DNA of 64,000 nucleotides from an uncultured Sediminibacterium sp. (GTDB lineage Bacteria; Bacteroidota; Bacteroidia; Chitinophagales; Chitinophagaceae): NCBI GenBank assembly GCA_964448845.1, contig CAYUXJ010000001.1, positions 19,938-83,937 of the forward strand. Direction: 5' to 3'. The position numbers and the translations under genes are program-made. The notes beneath the pieces are model-generated. The model saw only the letters and a list, made by a program, of their open reading frames with translations, was not told the origin of the DNA and did no database searches. Below, one piece after another: positions 46,704-55,942 of this stretch (positions are counted from its first letter, which is position 1; every line of letters begins with the position of its first letter).

Positions 46704-46854
46704 GGCTTAAAGGTACATCTTTCCCCGCAGGCCTGCGGGAACATACCTGAACTCTGAACAGGTTGTTGAAAAGACCCCAAACAGTAGAATCAAAACACCG
46801 CTACTGAAAGCATCATTTGCATAAACTTTATTACTTTCATTCAAAATTTACCTG

Positions 46855-48216
46855 ATGTTGAAACATTCCAAAATCTGGGTGGCAACACTGCTGTTACTGA
46901 TCATTGCCTGCCAGCAACCGTCCAAAGATAATTCCGATACTGCCACGATCGATGGTCATGCAGCCTGGATGATGCAGGGAAATGTCTACGAGGTAAATGT
47001 GCGCCAATATACCCCGGAAGGGACTTTTCGTGCTTTTGAAGCGCACCTGGATCGCCTGCACGATATGGGTGTACATACCCTCTGGTTCATGCCCATTCAA
47101 CCCATCAGCAAAAAAGACAGGAAGGGAACGCTGGGCAGCTATTACGCAGTGGCTGATTACACCGGGATCAATCCGGAATATGGTACCCTGGAAGACTGGA
47201 AACATCTGGTGGAAGCAGCACATGCCAAGGGTTTCAAGGTGCTGATGGACTGGGTGCCCAATCATTCAGGTGCCGATCATTACTGGTTAACCAAACACCC
47301 TGATTTTTATGTGCGTGATAGTACGGGGAATGCGATTTCTCAATTCGACTGGACAGACACCCGCAAACTCAATCACAATAATCCGGAATTGAGGGATACC
47401 ATGATTGAGCAAATGAAATTCTGGATAAGAGAAAGTAATATTGATGGGTTTCGCTGTGATATGGCTCACTTAGTACCTGCCGAATTCTGGAATCCCTGCA
47501 TCCAGGCGTTGAAGAAAATGAAAAATATCTTCATGTTGGCGGAAGCAGATGCTCCCTGGTTGCATACGGCCGGATTTGATGCGACTTATGGTTGGCCAGA
47601 ATTCCACCTGATGAACGACATAGCTGCCGGAAAAAAGAAGCCCACCGACCTGGTTGCCTTCTTACAGCAACTGGACAGTACATTTCCTGCGAATACCATT
47701 CGCTTGCGCTTTACCAGCAACCACGATGAAAATAGTTGGAACAAAGCTGACTATGGCACCATGCCGGGACCAATTCACGCACCTTTTGCCGTGCTGACTC
47801 ATACACTCGGTCGTTCTTTGCCACTCATTTATAGCGGACAGGAGGAGCCCATCCTACGAGCTATACCTTTCTTTGAAAAAGATACAATGGTTTTCAAACA
47901 ACTGGCACGTGCACCCCTGTATAAAACACTTACCACACTTCGGAAAAACAATAGAGCCCTGCGTCCGGATGCTGCAGCGAGAATATTACCTACCCAACTG
48001 CCCGATCAGGTATTGGCATTCATACGTAGTTTTGAGAATCAACATATTCTGGTACTGGTCAACTTATCGGCCACTGCCGTAAACTTTGACGTGAAGGATA
48101 AGCTGATAAGTGGTATGGCAAGGAATGTATTCACTGCAACGGAAGAAAACCTTCCCGCCAACGGACAATTTTCACTTGATGCCTGGGGATATCGCGTATA
48201 CGAATTGAATCACTGA
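46855..48216 (+). CDS. GH13 alpha-amylase family glycoside hydrolase (lipoprotein)
   Basis: Lipobox LLIIAC. GH13 conserved regions DWVPNH, GFRCDMAH, FMLAEA and FTSNHDE. Confidence 0.85.
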   Translation: MLKHSKIWVATLLLLIIACQQPSKDNSDTATIDGHAAWMMQGNVYEVNVRQYTPEGTFRAFEAHLDRLHDMGVHTLWFMPIQPISKKDRKGTLGSYYAVADYTGINPEYGTLEDWKHLVEAAHAKGFKVLMDWVPNHSGADHYWLTKHPDFYVRDSTGNAISQFDWTDTRKLNHNNPELRDTMIEQMKFWIRESNIDGFRCDMAHLVPAEFWNPCIQALKKMKNIFMLAEADAPWLHTAGFDATYGWPEFHLMNDIAAGKKKPTDLVAFLQQLDSTFPANTIRLRFTSNHDENSWNKADYGTMPGPIHAPFAVLTHTLGRSLPLIYSGQEEPILRAIPFFEKDTMVFKQLARAPLYKTLTTLRKNNRALRPDAAARILPTQLPDQVLAFIRSFENQHILVLVNLSATAVNFDVKDKLISGMARNVFTATEENLPANGQFSLDAWGYRVYELNH

Positions 48217-48229
48217 TAGCAAACCATAC

Positions 48230-49063
48230 ATGAACAGAACTGAACTCATTGCACTCATCAAGGAAAAGCAATCTTACCTCTGTGTAGGACTCGATACAGA
48301 TGTAGAAAAAATTCCCGCACACCTGCGCGGCTATCCCGATGCTGTTTATCGTTTCAACAAAGCCATTGTCGAAGCTACTGCAGCCCACTGCGTGGCATAT
48401 AAACTGAACACTGCTTTTTATGAGTCGCAGGGCAAGGCCGGTTGGGAAGCGATGGAACAAACAGTATCCATTATTCCCGACACCCATTTTACCATTGCTG
48501 ATGCGAAGCGAGGCGATATTGGAAATACCTCCGCACAGTATGCAAAAACATTTTTTGAAGTGCTGCCTTTCGATGCGGTGACAGTGGCACCTTATATGGG
48601 TGAAGATAGTCTTCGACCCTTCCTGGATTATGCAGATAAATGGACCATCGTACTTGGACTGACATCCAATCAGGGCAGCCATGATTTTCAACAACTCGAG
48701 TTATCAGCTGCTTCCGGCGGCGGAAAGCTTTACCAGCAGGTAATGCAAAAAGTGGCACGCTGGGGAAATCCCGGCAACCTGATGTTTGTGGTGGGAGCAA
48801 CGTCTCCTGAAGGACTGCGAGGTATACGGGAACAATATCCCGATCATTTTTTCCTGGTGCCCGGTGTTGGTGCCCAGGGGGGAAGTCTGGAAGCTGTTTC
48901 AGCAGCAGGGTTGAATAAAGAAGTAGGATTGCTGGTAAATGTTAGTCGTGCGATACAATTTGCTTCTTCCGGCGAAGATTTTGCAGAACGCGCCCGGGAA
49001 GCTGCCACAGCATACCATCAGGAGATGCAATCGTTATTGCAATCACACTTCAGCAGTAGCTAA
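48230..49063 (+). CDS. pyrF: Orotidine 5'-phosphate decarboxylase (type 2)
   Basis: LCVGLDTD and IADAKRGDIGNTS motifs; 277 aa. Confidence 0.9.
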   Translation: MNRTELIALIKEKQSYLCVGLDTDVEKIPAHLRGYPDAVYRFNKAIVEATAAHCVAYKLNTAFYESQGKAGWEAMEQTVSIIPDTHFTIADAKRGDIGNTSAQYAKTFFEVLPFDAVTVAPYMGEDSLRPFLDYADKWTIVLGLTSNQGSHDFQQLELSAASGGGKLYQQVMQKVARWGNPGNLMFVVGATSPEGLRGIREQYPDHFFLVPGVGAQGGSLEAVSAAGLNKEVGLLVNVSRAIQFASSGEDFAERAREAATAYHQEMQSLLQSHFSSS

Positions 49064-49660
49064 GATGCCAGCTTCTAAAAGGCTGGCCCAGTATCCATGC
49101 GTTTTTCCTGAATAGTGTAACCCATCGGGGCAAAGTCCGTCCGGTTCCGAAGCCACTTTTTGGCTATGTTCAGTAATGTCAATGTGGTGTATGCCCATGC
49201 TTGTAGCTGTATTCCTAACTACTTCATTGAAATCTGCCAGGGCAAATCGGTCACGTTGCTCCGCTTGCGCAATGGCGAATGGTGTTACCGTCCAGTCCGG
49301 TATAGATAAAAGCCAAACGCCTTTCGCTTGTTGTCGACAATGCTGTATGCATTTATGAACAAGAAAGCTGAGATCATTACTGAATTCCGCAACGGATAGT
49401 CCGCGATACTGATTGTTCACACCTATGAGCAAAGTCACCCAGTCGTATTGCTCCTCCACCTGTGTGTGGATGAGGTGTTCTCCCAATTCTGTGGTTGTCC
49501 AGCCGGTCTTGGCAATGATTTCCGGTGCATGCATGTGTTGCCCACTTTTACGTAGCAACTGTAATAATTGGTAAGGATAACTTTCATGAAGGGGTACGCC
49601 TTCGCCGATGGTATAAGAATCTCCGAGTGCTAAATAGGTAGCGGGATGATGCACGATCAT
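49043..49660 (-). CDS. SGNH/GDSL hydrolase family protein
   Basis: Block I LALGDSYTIGEG, block III GVNNQ, block V DGLHYS. Its 3' end overlaps the pyrF 3' end convergently by 21 nt. Confidence 0.8.
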   Translation of the reverse strand: MIVHHPATYLALGDSYTIGEGVPLHESYPYQLLQLLRKSGQHMHAPEIIAKTGWTTTELGEHLIHTQVEEQYDWVTLLIGVNNQYRGLSVAEFSNDLSFLVHKCIQHCRQQAKGVWLLSIPDWTVTPFAIAQAEQRDRFALADFNEVVRNTATSMGIHHIDITEHSQKVASEPDGLCPDGLHYSGKTHGYWASLLEAGILATAEV

Positions 49661-49664
49661 GGTA

Positions 49665-50924
49665 TCAGCTGTTTTTTACGATGGAATAAAAGGTATGAAC
49701 ATCTTCAAAACTGCAATAGAGCGGTGCGGGTGCTATTCGTATCACACCCGGTTCGCGATAATCGACCACCACATTCCGAGCGGTGAGCTGCTCGAAGGTA
49801 GTAGGACCGTTCTCCCTGAAATAAAGTGATAATTGGGCGCCTCGTTGTTCCGGGTCATCGGGCGTGATTTGTATGCCATCCCAGGTGCCGGGTTGTTGCA
49901 ATAGGTAGGATAGATAGCCGGTCAATTGCTGGCTTTTCTTGCGAATGGCATCCATCCCTACCTCATCAAAAATTTCAATTGAGCTCTTTAACGCACACAT
50001 ATTCAATACTTGAGCAGTACTTATATTCCATCCACCGGCGGTCGGTTTAGGAATAAATCCCTTTTCCATACGAAAACGTGTCTTCTCATCATTGCCCCAC
50101 CAGCCGCCCAAACGGGGGTGATTGGTATCGCGGGCATAACGATCATGAACGTATAAACCACCAACAGCACCTGGTCCGCCATTCAGGTATTTATAGGTGC
50201 ACCAAGCAGCAAAATCGACATTCCAGTCATGAAGTGATAAGGGAACATTTCCAACAGCATGTGCCAGATCAAAACCTGCTATGGCGCCAACTGCATGAGC
50301 TGCGGCCGTGATGGAAGCGATGGGAAAGAACTGTCCGGTATAATATTGTATACCACCAATCATTACCATGGCCAGGCGGTCACCCAGTTCATGAATCTTT
50401 TCAAGTAGGGCATCTGGCTGGATGCAAAATTCGCCTTCAGCAGGTCCCACCTCAACAATTACTGCATCCGGCGAAAGACCGAAATGACGCACCAATGTTT
50501 CTACTGCATATTGGTCGGAGGGGAAAGCCCCTTTTTCCATCAAGATCAGGTTACGGGTTGCCGTGGGGCGATAAAAACTCAGCAGTAAAAGGTGGAGATT
50601 CACTGTGAGGGTATTCATGATGGTTACCTCATGCGGCTCTGCACCAACAATGCGAGCCATAGCCGGTGTAAGGTATTCCTGATAGTAAAGCCAGGGATGC
50701 GGTCCACGACGAAAGCCATCAATGGCCAGTTCGCGCCAGCTATCCAATTCCGTTTGTACGGCTGCCTGAACAGCTTTTCCTTGGAGTCCCAAAGAATTTC
50801 CGCAGAAATAGATGACCGGTTTTTCATCTTTCAGTGGAAAATGAAATCGGTCGCGATAAGTTGCCAGTGGATCCTGTTGATCACAAGACTTGGCGAAGGA
50901 TAAATCGGTAGAAAAGGGTTGCAT
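49665..50924 (-). CDS. kynU: Kynureninase
   Basis: 419 aa PLP-enzyme pattern with FCGNSLGLQ, WCTYKYLNGGPG (the Lys is the PLP site) and RIAPAPLY at the C-terminus. Confidence 0.88.
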   Translation of the reverse strand: MQPFSTDLSFAKSCDQQDPLATYRDRFHFPLKDEKPVIYFCGNSLGLQGKAVQAAVQTELDSWRELAIDGFRRGPHPWLYYQEYLTPAMARIVGAEPHEVTIMNTLTVNLHLLLLSFYRPTATRNLILMEKGAFPSDQYAVETLVRHFGLSPDAVIVEVGPAEGEFCIQPDALLEKIHELGDRLAMVMIGGIQYYTGQFFPIASITAAAHAVGAIAGFDLAHAVGNVPLSLHDWNVDFAAWCTYKYLNGGPGAVGGLYVHDRYARDTNHPRLGGWWGNDEKTRFRMEKGFIPKPTAGGWNISTAQVLNMCALKSSIEIFDEVGMDAIRKKSQQLTGYLSYLLQQPGTWDGIQITPDDPEQRGAQLSLYFRENGPTTFEQLTARNVVVDYREPGVIRIAPAPLYCSFEDVHTFYSIVKNS

Positions 50925-50928
50925 GGGC

Positions 50929-50936
50929 CAAAATTA
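50929..50936 (-). promoter_or_regulatory. -7 box TAatTTTG abutting the kynU start codon (predicts a leaderless mRNA)
   Basis: The + strand reads CAAAATTA at 50929-50936. The ATG first base is at 50924, only 4 nt from the box. Confidence 0.35.
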
Positions 50937-51054
50937 CTCTTTTCTAATATGTTGCAGAAAGGTAATCATCCGCCACTGTTTAACAGCTATCGGATTTTTT
51001 CCCCATACACCTTCCATTTCACCGATAAATGCACGTAGGTCATAGATCTCCACT

Positions 51055-51062
51055 TATATTTG
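51055..51062 (+). promoter_or_regulatory. -7 box TAtaTTTG upstream of the DPP-IV-like peptidase gene
   Basis: Exact TAnnTTTG, 18 nt upstream of ATG 51080. It lies inside the longer ORF start at 51029, which supports the shorter start. Confidence 0.4.
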
Positions 51063-51079
51063 GAAAAACATATGCGCAC

Positions 51080-53632
51080 ATGAAGCAACTTATATGGATT
51101 TTACTTTTCGCAGTTTTATCTGCTCCACAAATCAGTTCAGCACAAAATAATCAGATAACCCGCGCCAATTATGCACTGGCGGCCCGTTTCTCTCCAAAGA
51201 AACTGGAAAAACTTATTTTCAGTACGGCTGTCGATGCCCACTGGTTGAAAAAGAGCAATCGATTTTGGTATATGTATGAAACCACAGCCGGCAAAAAATG
51301 GTTCATTGTTGATCCGGTAAAGGGCGAGAAAAAGCCTTTGTTCGACAATGCAGATCTCGCTGCCAAAATAACTGCCATCGTGAAAGATCCGTTCGATGCG
51401 CAACACCTCGGACTCGACAGTATGCGATTCATTAAAGATGAAAATACCATTCGATTTGAAGTTAAGAGTACAAAAGAAGTGGAGAAAAAAGACAGTACCC
51501 AGCGCAGAGGCAATGGCCCGGCGATAGCACCTGAAAAGAAAGTATTTTATTTCGAATATAACCTGCTGACATCGGAACTGACAGAGTTGACCGATTTCAA
51601 AAAGACTAAACGTAAACCTATTTGGGCTTCTATCTCTCCCGACAGCAGTACCATTGTTTTTGGTAAGGGGTTCAATCTGTATTATATGGATAGGTCCAAT
51701 TATCTGAAGGCATTGCAGAATGAAGAAGATTCCAGCATTGTTGAATACCGCCTGACCACCGATGGGGTAGAATATTATTCCTATCACGGTGAGAGCGCAC
51801 TCGGCGGTGGTGGAGAGAACAATATCGATAAGGAGAAGAATAAGAATAAAAGAAAACCGACACAAATTTACTGGTCACCCGATTCGAAATATTTCGTGAT
51901 GACTCGTTCCGATAACCGAAAAGTTAAAGACCTCTGGGTGATCAATAGCATCGCAGAGCCACGACCTACGATTGAGACATATAAATACCTTATGCCCGGG
52001 GAAAAAGATCATCCGGTAGATGAATTAACCCTGTTCGACCTGAGTAAAAAGTCACATCAGGTGTTATCGACCGGTGCCTACAAAGACCAGACCCTATCTA
52101 TCTGGAGTGCACCCTCTGTAGCCTCTAATCGTGATGACGATTACCGGGTGAATTACTGGTTAGGTACATCCCGAAGTTTTTATTTTACCCGCACCAGCCG
52201 TGACCTGAAACGCATTGATGTTTGCATGGCAGATCCTGCAACCGGCATGGTCAAACCGCTGATCAAAGAATCGCTGAATACGTATGTGGAAGTACGTCGC
52301 CTGGGATTGGTAAATGAGGGGAAAGAATTAATAGAATGGAGTGAACGAGATGGCTGGGCACATTTTTATCTCTATGATGAAAACGGCCAATTAAAAAACC
52401 GCATCACACAAGGTGCTTTCCATTGTGAAGATATTGTCGGTATTGATGATAAAAAGCGGGTATTGTACTTCACTGCCAATGGGCGTGAAGAAAATGAAGA
52501 TCCCTATTATCTGCATCTATATCGGGTGAACTTCGATGGCAGCGGACTCCGGCTATTAAATCCCGGTGACTTTGATCACAACAGTTCCCTCAACGACAAC
52601 CAACAATTTTTTATAGATAATTTTTCCCGCGTCAATACCATTCCACAATCTGTGTTGTATAATACAGAGGGCAAAAAGATCATGGACCTGGAGACAGCCG
52701 ATTTCAGTTCCTTGCAGAAAACGCCTTATCGTTTCCCGCAGCCTTTCAAGGTAAAGGCCGATGATGGAATCACCGACTTATATGGTGTTATGTACAAGCC
52801 ATTTGACTTTGATTCCACCAAAAAGTATCCCCTGATTGAGTATGTTTATCCCGGTCCACAAACAGAAGCCGTCAACAAAGCTTTTGGCCGTAACATGGAT
52901 AAAACGGAAAGACTGGCACAGCTTGGTTTTGTAGTAATCACCGTTGGCAATCGTGGTGGTCACCCTTCTCGCAGTAAGTGGTACCACAATTTTGGCTATG
53001 GCAACTTGCGCGACTATGGTCTTGCAGATAAAAAAGCAACAGCCGAGCAATTGGCCGATCAATATCCTTTTATAGATATTAACCGGGTTGGTATCAATGG
53101 TCACAGCGGCGGTGGCTTTATGAGTACAGCAGCTATGCTCGTATATCCCGATTTCTTTAAAGTAGCTGTTTCTGAGAGCGGGAATCATGACAATGCCATC
53201 TATAACCGCTGGTGGAGTGAGAAACACCATGGCGTAAAAGAGCTGATCTCCGAAAAAGGCGATACCAGCTTTGCTTATTCCATTGAGAAAAATCCTGAAC
53301 TGGCTAAAAACCTGAAGGGGCGACTGATGCTTACAACTGGTGATATTGATAACAATGTTCATCCTGCCAATACCATCCGCGTAGCCCATGCACTGATTCG
53401 TGCTAATAAAAGATTTGATTTTCAAATACTGCCGGGCCAACGACATGGTTTTGGCGATATGACTGAATATTTCTTCTGGACGATGGCAGATTATTTCACC
53501 CGTTACCTGATGGGTGACCCCACAGAACGGCCTGTCAATATCGATGAGATGAACCGGGAGCAGGAACAATCCGGTGCCAAGGGGGCTGCACAATCCGGCA
53601 GCAGGAGAGGACCGGAAGAGGAGAACCGCTAA
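51080..53632 (+). CDS. S9 family peptidase, dipeptidyl-peptidase IV-like (DPPIV N-terminal propeller + alpha/beta hydrolase)
   Basis: Signal peptide MKQLIWILLFAVLSAPQISSAQ, WSPDSKYFVM propeller motif, nucleophile GINGHSGGGFMS, and a late GDIDNNVHP...QRHGF Asp/His. Confidence 0.85.
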   Translation: MKQLIWILLFAVLSAPQISSAQNNQITRANYALAARFSPKKLEKLIFSTAVDAHWLKKSNRFWYMYETTAGKKWFIVDPVKGEKKPLFDNADLAAKITAIVKDPFDAQHLGLDSMRFIKDENTIRFEVKSTKEVEKKDSTQRRGNGPAIAPEKKVFYFEYNLLTSELTELTDFKKTKRKPIWASISPDSSTIVFGKGFNLYYMDRSNYLKALQNEEDSSIVEYRLTTDGVEYYSYHGESALGGGGENNIDKEKNKNKRKPTQIYWSPDSKYFVMTRSDNRKVKDLWVINSIAEPRPTIETYKYLMPGEKDHPVDELTLFDLSKKSHQVLSTGAYKDQTLSIWSAPSVASNRDDDYRVNYWLGTSRSFYFTRTSRDLKRIDVCMADPATGMVKPLIKESLNTYVEVRRLGLVNEGKELIEWSERDGWAHFYLYDENGQLKNRITQGAFHCEDIVGIDDKKRVLYFTANGREENEDPYYLHLYRVNFDGSGLRLLNPGDFDHNSSLNDNQQFFIDNFSRVNTIPQSVLYNTEGKKIMDLETADFSSLQKTPYRFPQPFKVKADDGITDLYGVMYKPFDFDSTKKYPLIEYVYPGPQTEAVNKAFGRNMDKTERLAQLGFVVITVGNRGGHPSRSKWYHNFGYGNLRDYGLADKKATAEQLADQYPFIDINRVGINGHSGGGFMSTAAMLVYPDFFKVAVSESGNHDNAIYNRWWSEKHHGVKELISEKGDTSFAYSIEKNPELAKNLKGRLMLTTGDIDNNVHPANTIRVAHALIRANKRFDFQILPGQRHGFGDMTEYFFWTMADYFTRYLMGDPTERPVNIDEMNREQEQSGAKGAAQSGSRRGPEEENR

Positions 53633-53648
53633 TTGGGAACTTTTATTC

Positions 53649-53688
53649 AAAAGCCGCAGGAAGAACCTATTTTTCTGCGGCTTTTTTA
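53649..53688 (+). terminator. Intrinsic terminator after the DPP-IV-like gene
   Basis: AAGCCGCAG (53651-53659) pairs with CTGCGGCTT (53675-53683), followed by a T-run. Confidence 0.65.
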
Positions 53689-53725
53689 TGTCTTAAACAC
53701 TCGGCCACTTTCTCCCGTTTCTTAC

Positions 53726-53733
53726 TAACTTTG
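53726..53733 (+). promoter_or_regulatory. -7 box TAacTTTG upstream of the acyl-CoA dehydrogenase gene
   Basis: Exact TAnnTTTG, 39 nt upstream of ATG 53772. Confidence 0.4.
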
Positions 53734-53771
53734 CCTGTCCATTCCAGCATTAATCATTTCAATTTCATCAT

Positions 53772-54956
53772 ATGGCTACCCGCACCGATTTATTCCAGTC
53801 CCCCGATTATTATAACATAGATGGATTGCTGACGGAAGAGCAATTGCTGATTCGTGAGACTGTTCGCAACTATGTGAAAAAGCATATTTCACCCATCATT
53901 GAAACGTATGCCCAACAAGCTGAGTTTCCCGTGCAGATCGTAAAAGAACTGGGCGATCTCGGCTGTTTTGGTCCTACCATACCTGTAGAGTACGGTGGCG
54001 GTTCATTGGATTATATCAGTTATGGTCTGATGATGCAGGAATTGGAGCGGGGTGACAGTGGTGTAAGAAGCACTGCGAGTGTGCAGGGCAGTCTTGTTAT
54101 GTTTCCCATTTATGCGTATGGCAACGAAGAACAAAGAAAAAAATACCTGCCCAAGCTGGCTTCCGGGGAATGGCTTGGTTGTTTTGGGTTGACAGAACCC
54201 GATCATGGCAGTAATCCTTCGGGCATGACCACCCGCTATACCGACCACGGCGATCATGTCATATTAAATGGCGCAAAACTCTGGATCAGCAATGCCCCCT
54301 TCGCACAAGTGGCTGTGGTTTGGGCAAAAAATGAGCAGGATGAAATTCATGGATTGATTGTTGAGCGCGGCATGGAAGGTTTTACTACCCCTACGACCCA
54401 TGGAAAATGGAGTTTGCGAGCCAGTGCTACCGGTGAGCTTGTCTTCGATAATGTGAGGGTGCCGAAGGAAAACATCTTACCGAATGTTAAGGGCTTAAAA
54501 GGTCCGCTTGGTTGCCTTTCAAAAGCTCGTTATGGTATTGCCTGGGGAGCCCTCGGTGCTGCCATGGATTGTTATGACACAGCCCTGCGGTACAGCAAGG
54601 AAAGAATACAATTTGATAGACCCATTGGTGGTTTTCAGCTGCAGCAAAAAAAGTTGGCAGAAATGATCACTGAGATCACCAAAGCCCAACTGCTTGTTTG
54701 GCGCTTGGGAACACTGATGAATGAACATAAAGCCACACCGCAGCAAATCAGTATGGCTAAAAGAAACAGCTGTGAAATAGCTACTCAGATTTGCCGGGAT
54801 GCCCGACAGATGCTCGGTGGCATGGGAATTACCGGTGAATACAGCATCATGCGTCACATGATGAATCTTGAAAGTGTTATAACGTATGAGGGTACCCATG
54901 ATGTCCATCTCTTAATAACTGGCCTCGATATTACAGGTTTCAATGCTTTCAAGTAA
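53772..54956 (+). CDS. gcdH: Acyl-CoA dehydrogenase, glutaryl-CoA dehydrogenase-like
   Basis: 394 aa. GCFGLTEPDHGSNPSGM, a C-terminal YEGTHDVH, and an N-terminal ...YYNIDGLLTEEQ, typical of the glutaryl-CoA DH subgroup. Subfamily assignment is by recollection only. Confidence 0.7.
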   Translation: MATRTDLFQSPDYYNIDGLLTEEQLLIRETVRNYVKKHISPIIETYAQQAEFPVQIVKELGDLGCFGPTIPVEYGGGSLDYISYGLMMQELERGDSGVRSTASVQGSLVMFPIYAYGNEEQRKKYLPKLASGEWLGCFGLTEPDHGSNPSGMTTRYTDHGDHVILNGAKLWISNAPFAQVAVVWAKNEQDEIHGLIVERGMEGFTTPTTHGKWSLRASATGELVFDNVRVPKENILPNVKGLKGPLGCLSKARYGIAWGALGAAMDCYDTALRYSKERIQFDRPIGGFQLQQKKLAEMITEITKAQLLVWRLGTLMNEHKATPQQISMAKRNSCEIATQICRDARQMLGGMGITGEYSIMRHMMNLESVITYEGTHDVHLLITGLDITGFNAFK

Positions 54957-55468
54957 TGGGTAAGAAGATCTTTCTGATCGGTATGATGGGCGCTGGTAAG
55001 AGTTTCTGGAAAAACCACCTGTGCAATCAATACCAACTGAAAGGATATGATCTCGATTTTATGATTGAATCATTCGCTGAAAAAACCATCTCGGAAATTT
55101 TTCAGGAAAAAGGAGAAGTAGTCTTCCGTCAAAAAGAAGCTGCCCTGCTGCGGTGGTTCCAGCAAAGTAGTTCTTTTGTGCTGGCGACCGGCGGAGGTAC
55201 CCCCTGTTTTCATGGGAATATGGACTGGATGAATCAACAGGGTATCACTATATGGATTGATGATACCTCAGAAGTACTGGCTGAGCGGTTACGCACGGAA
55301 AAAGAACATAGACCTTTGATCAGTCAACTCTCCGATAATGAATTGATTGCTTTCCTTGAAAATATGCGCCTGGAAAGATCTCCCTTTTATTTTAAAGCAG
55401 CGCATCATTTGCAGGGTAAAGAAATCTCAGATGCTTCATTTCAAAAAATTCTCGGAATCGATGAATAA
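54956..55468 (+). CDS. aroK: Shikimate kinase
   Basis: Walker A IFLIGMMGAGKS, LATGGG, 170 aa. Its ATG overlaps the upstream stop (TAATG). Confidence 0.85.
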   Translation: MGKKIFLIGMMGAGKSFWKNHLCNQYQLKGYDLDFMIESFAEKTISEIFQEKGEVVFRQKEAALLRWFQQSSSFVLATGGGTPCFHGNMDWMNQQGITIWIDDTSEVLAERLRTEKEHRPLISQLSDNELIAFLENMRLERSPFYFKAAHHLQGKEISDASFQKILGIDE

Positions 55469-55868
55469 ATACCTGCTACCTATCTGTGCCTTGGCTGCAG
55501 GCCTCACCGTTGTGATGGGTGCCATGGGAGCCCATGCACTAAAGTCTATCTTGCTGCCTGCACAACTCGACAATTATGAAACGGCCCTGCGATACCAATT
55601 CTTTCATTTACTGGCCATATTGCTGACTGCCTTGTTGCAATTCCACTTTCAGCAAATTTCTTTTCGTTGGGTTGTTCGTCTTTTTACAGCTGGTATCTTA
55701 TTTTTTTGTGGATCTATCTATCTGATCATCGTATTTCAGCACAACCAGCTCGTATTACCCCGTGGGTTATTTTTGCTCACCCCCCTGGGTGGGTTCTGTC
55801 TTACAGCCGGCTGGATCGTTATGGCACGGTTACTTTTTAAGGCAATGGCACAAAAAGTGGAAAACTGA
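55461..55868 (+). CDS. DUF423 family membrane protein
   Basis: GAMGAHAL motif, 4 TM helices, about 135 aa. Its start overlaps the aroK stop (ATGAATAA). Confidence 0.7.
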   Translation: MNKYLLPICALAAGLTVVMGAMGAHALKSILLPAQLDNYETALRYQFFHLLAILLTALLQFHFQQISFRWVVRLFTAGILFFCGSIYLIIVFQHNQLVLPRGLFLLTPLGGFCLTAGWIVMARLLFKAMAQKVEN

Positions 55869-55929
55869 GTAAACTCTTTTCAGTTTTGCACATTGGCACT
55901 TAATTAAGACTTACCGTAACACCATGGCT

Positions 55930-55937
55930 TATATTTG
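55930..55937 (+). promoter_or_regulatory. -7 box TAtaTTTG 5 nt upstream of the ftsK ATG (predicts a leaderless mRNA)
   Basis: Exact TAnnTTTG ending at 55937; the ATG is at 55943. Confidence 0.35.
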
Positions 55938-55942
55938 TTACA

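Noticed and set aside
46704-46854. Fluoride riboswitch upstream of the crcB operon
   Set aside because: Read on the minus strand, the region lacks the conserved GGnGAUG...CUGAUG...CCUAC-type core and pseudoknot arrangement. The only loose resemblance is AAATGATGC.
51137-53650. Long antisense ORFs (242 aa at 51137-51865, 290 aa at 52778-53650) inside the DPP-IV-like peptidase gene
   Set aside because: They are shadow ORFs opposite a well-supported CDS. They have low-complexity, Cys/Phe/Ile-rich composition, no motifs and no promoter boxes.
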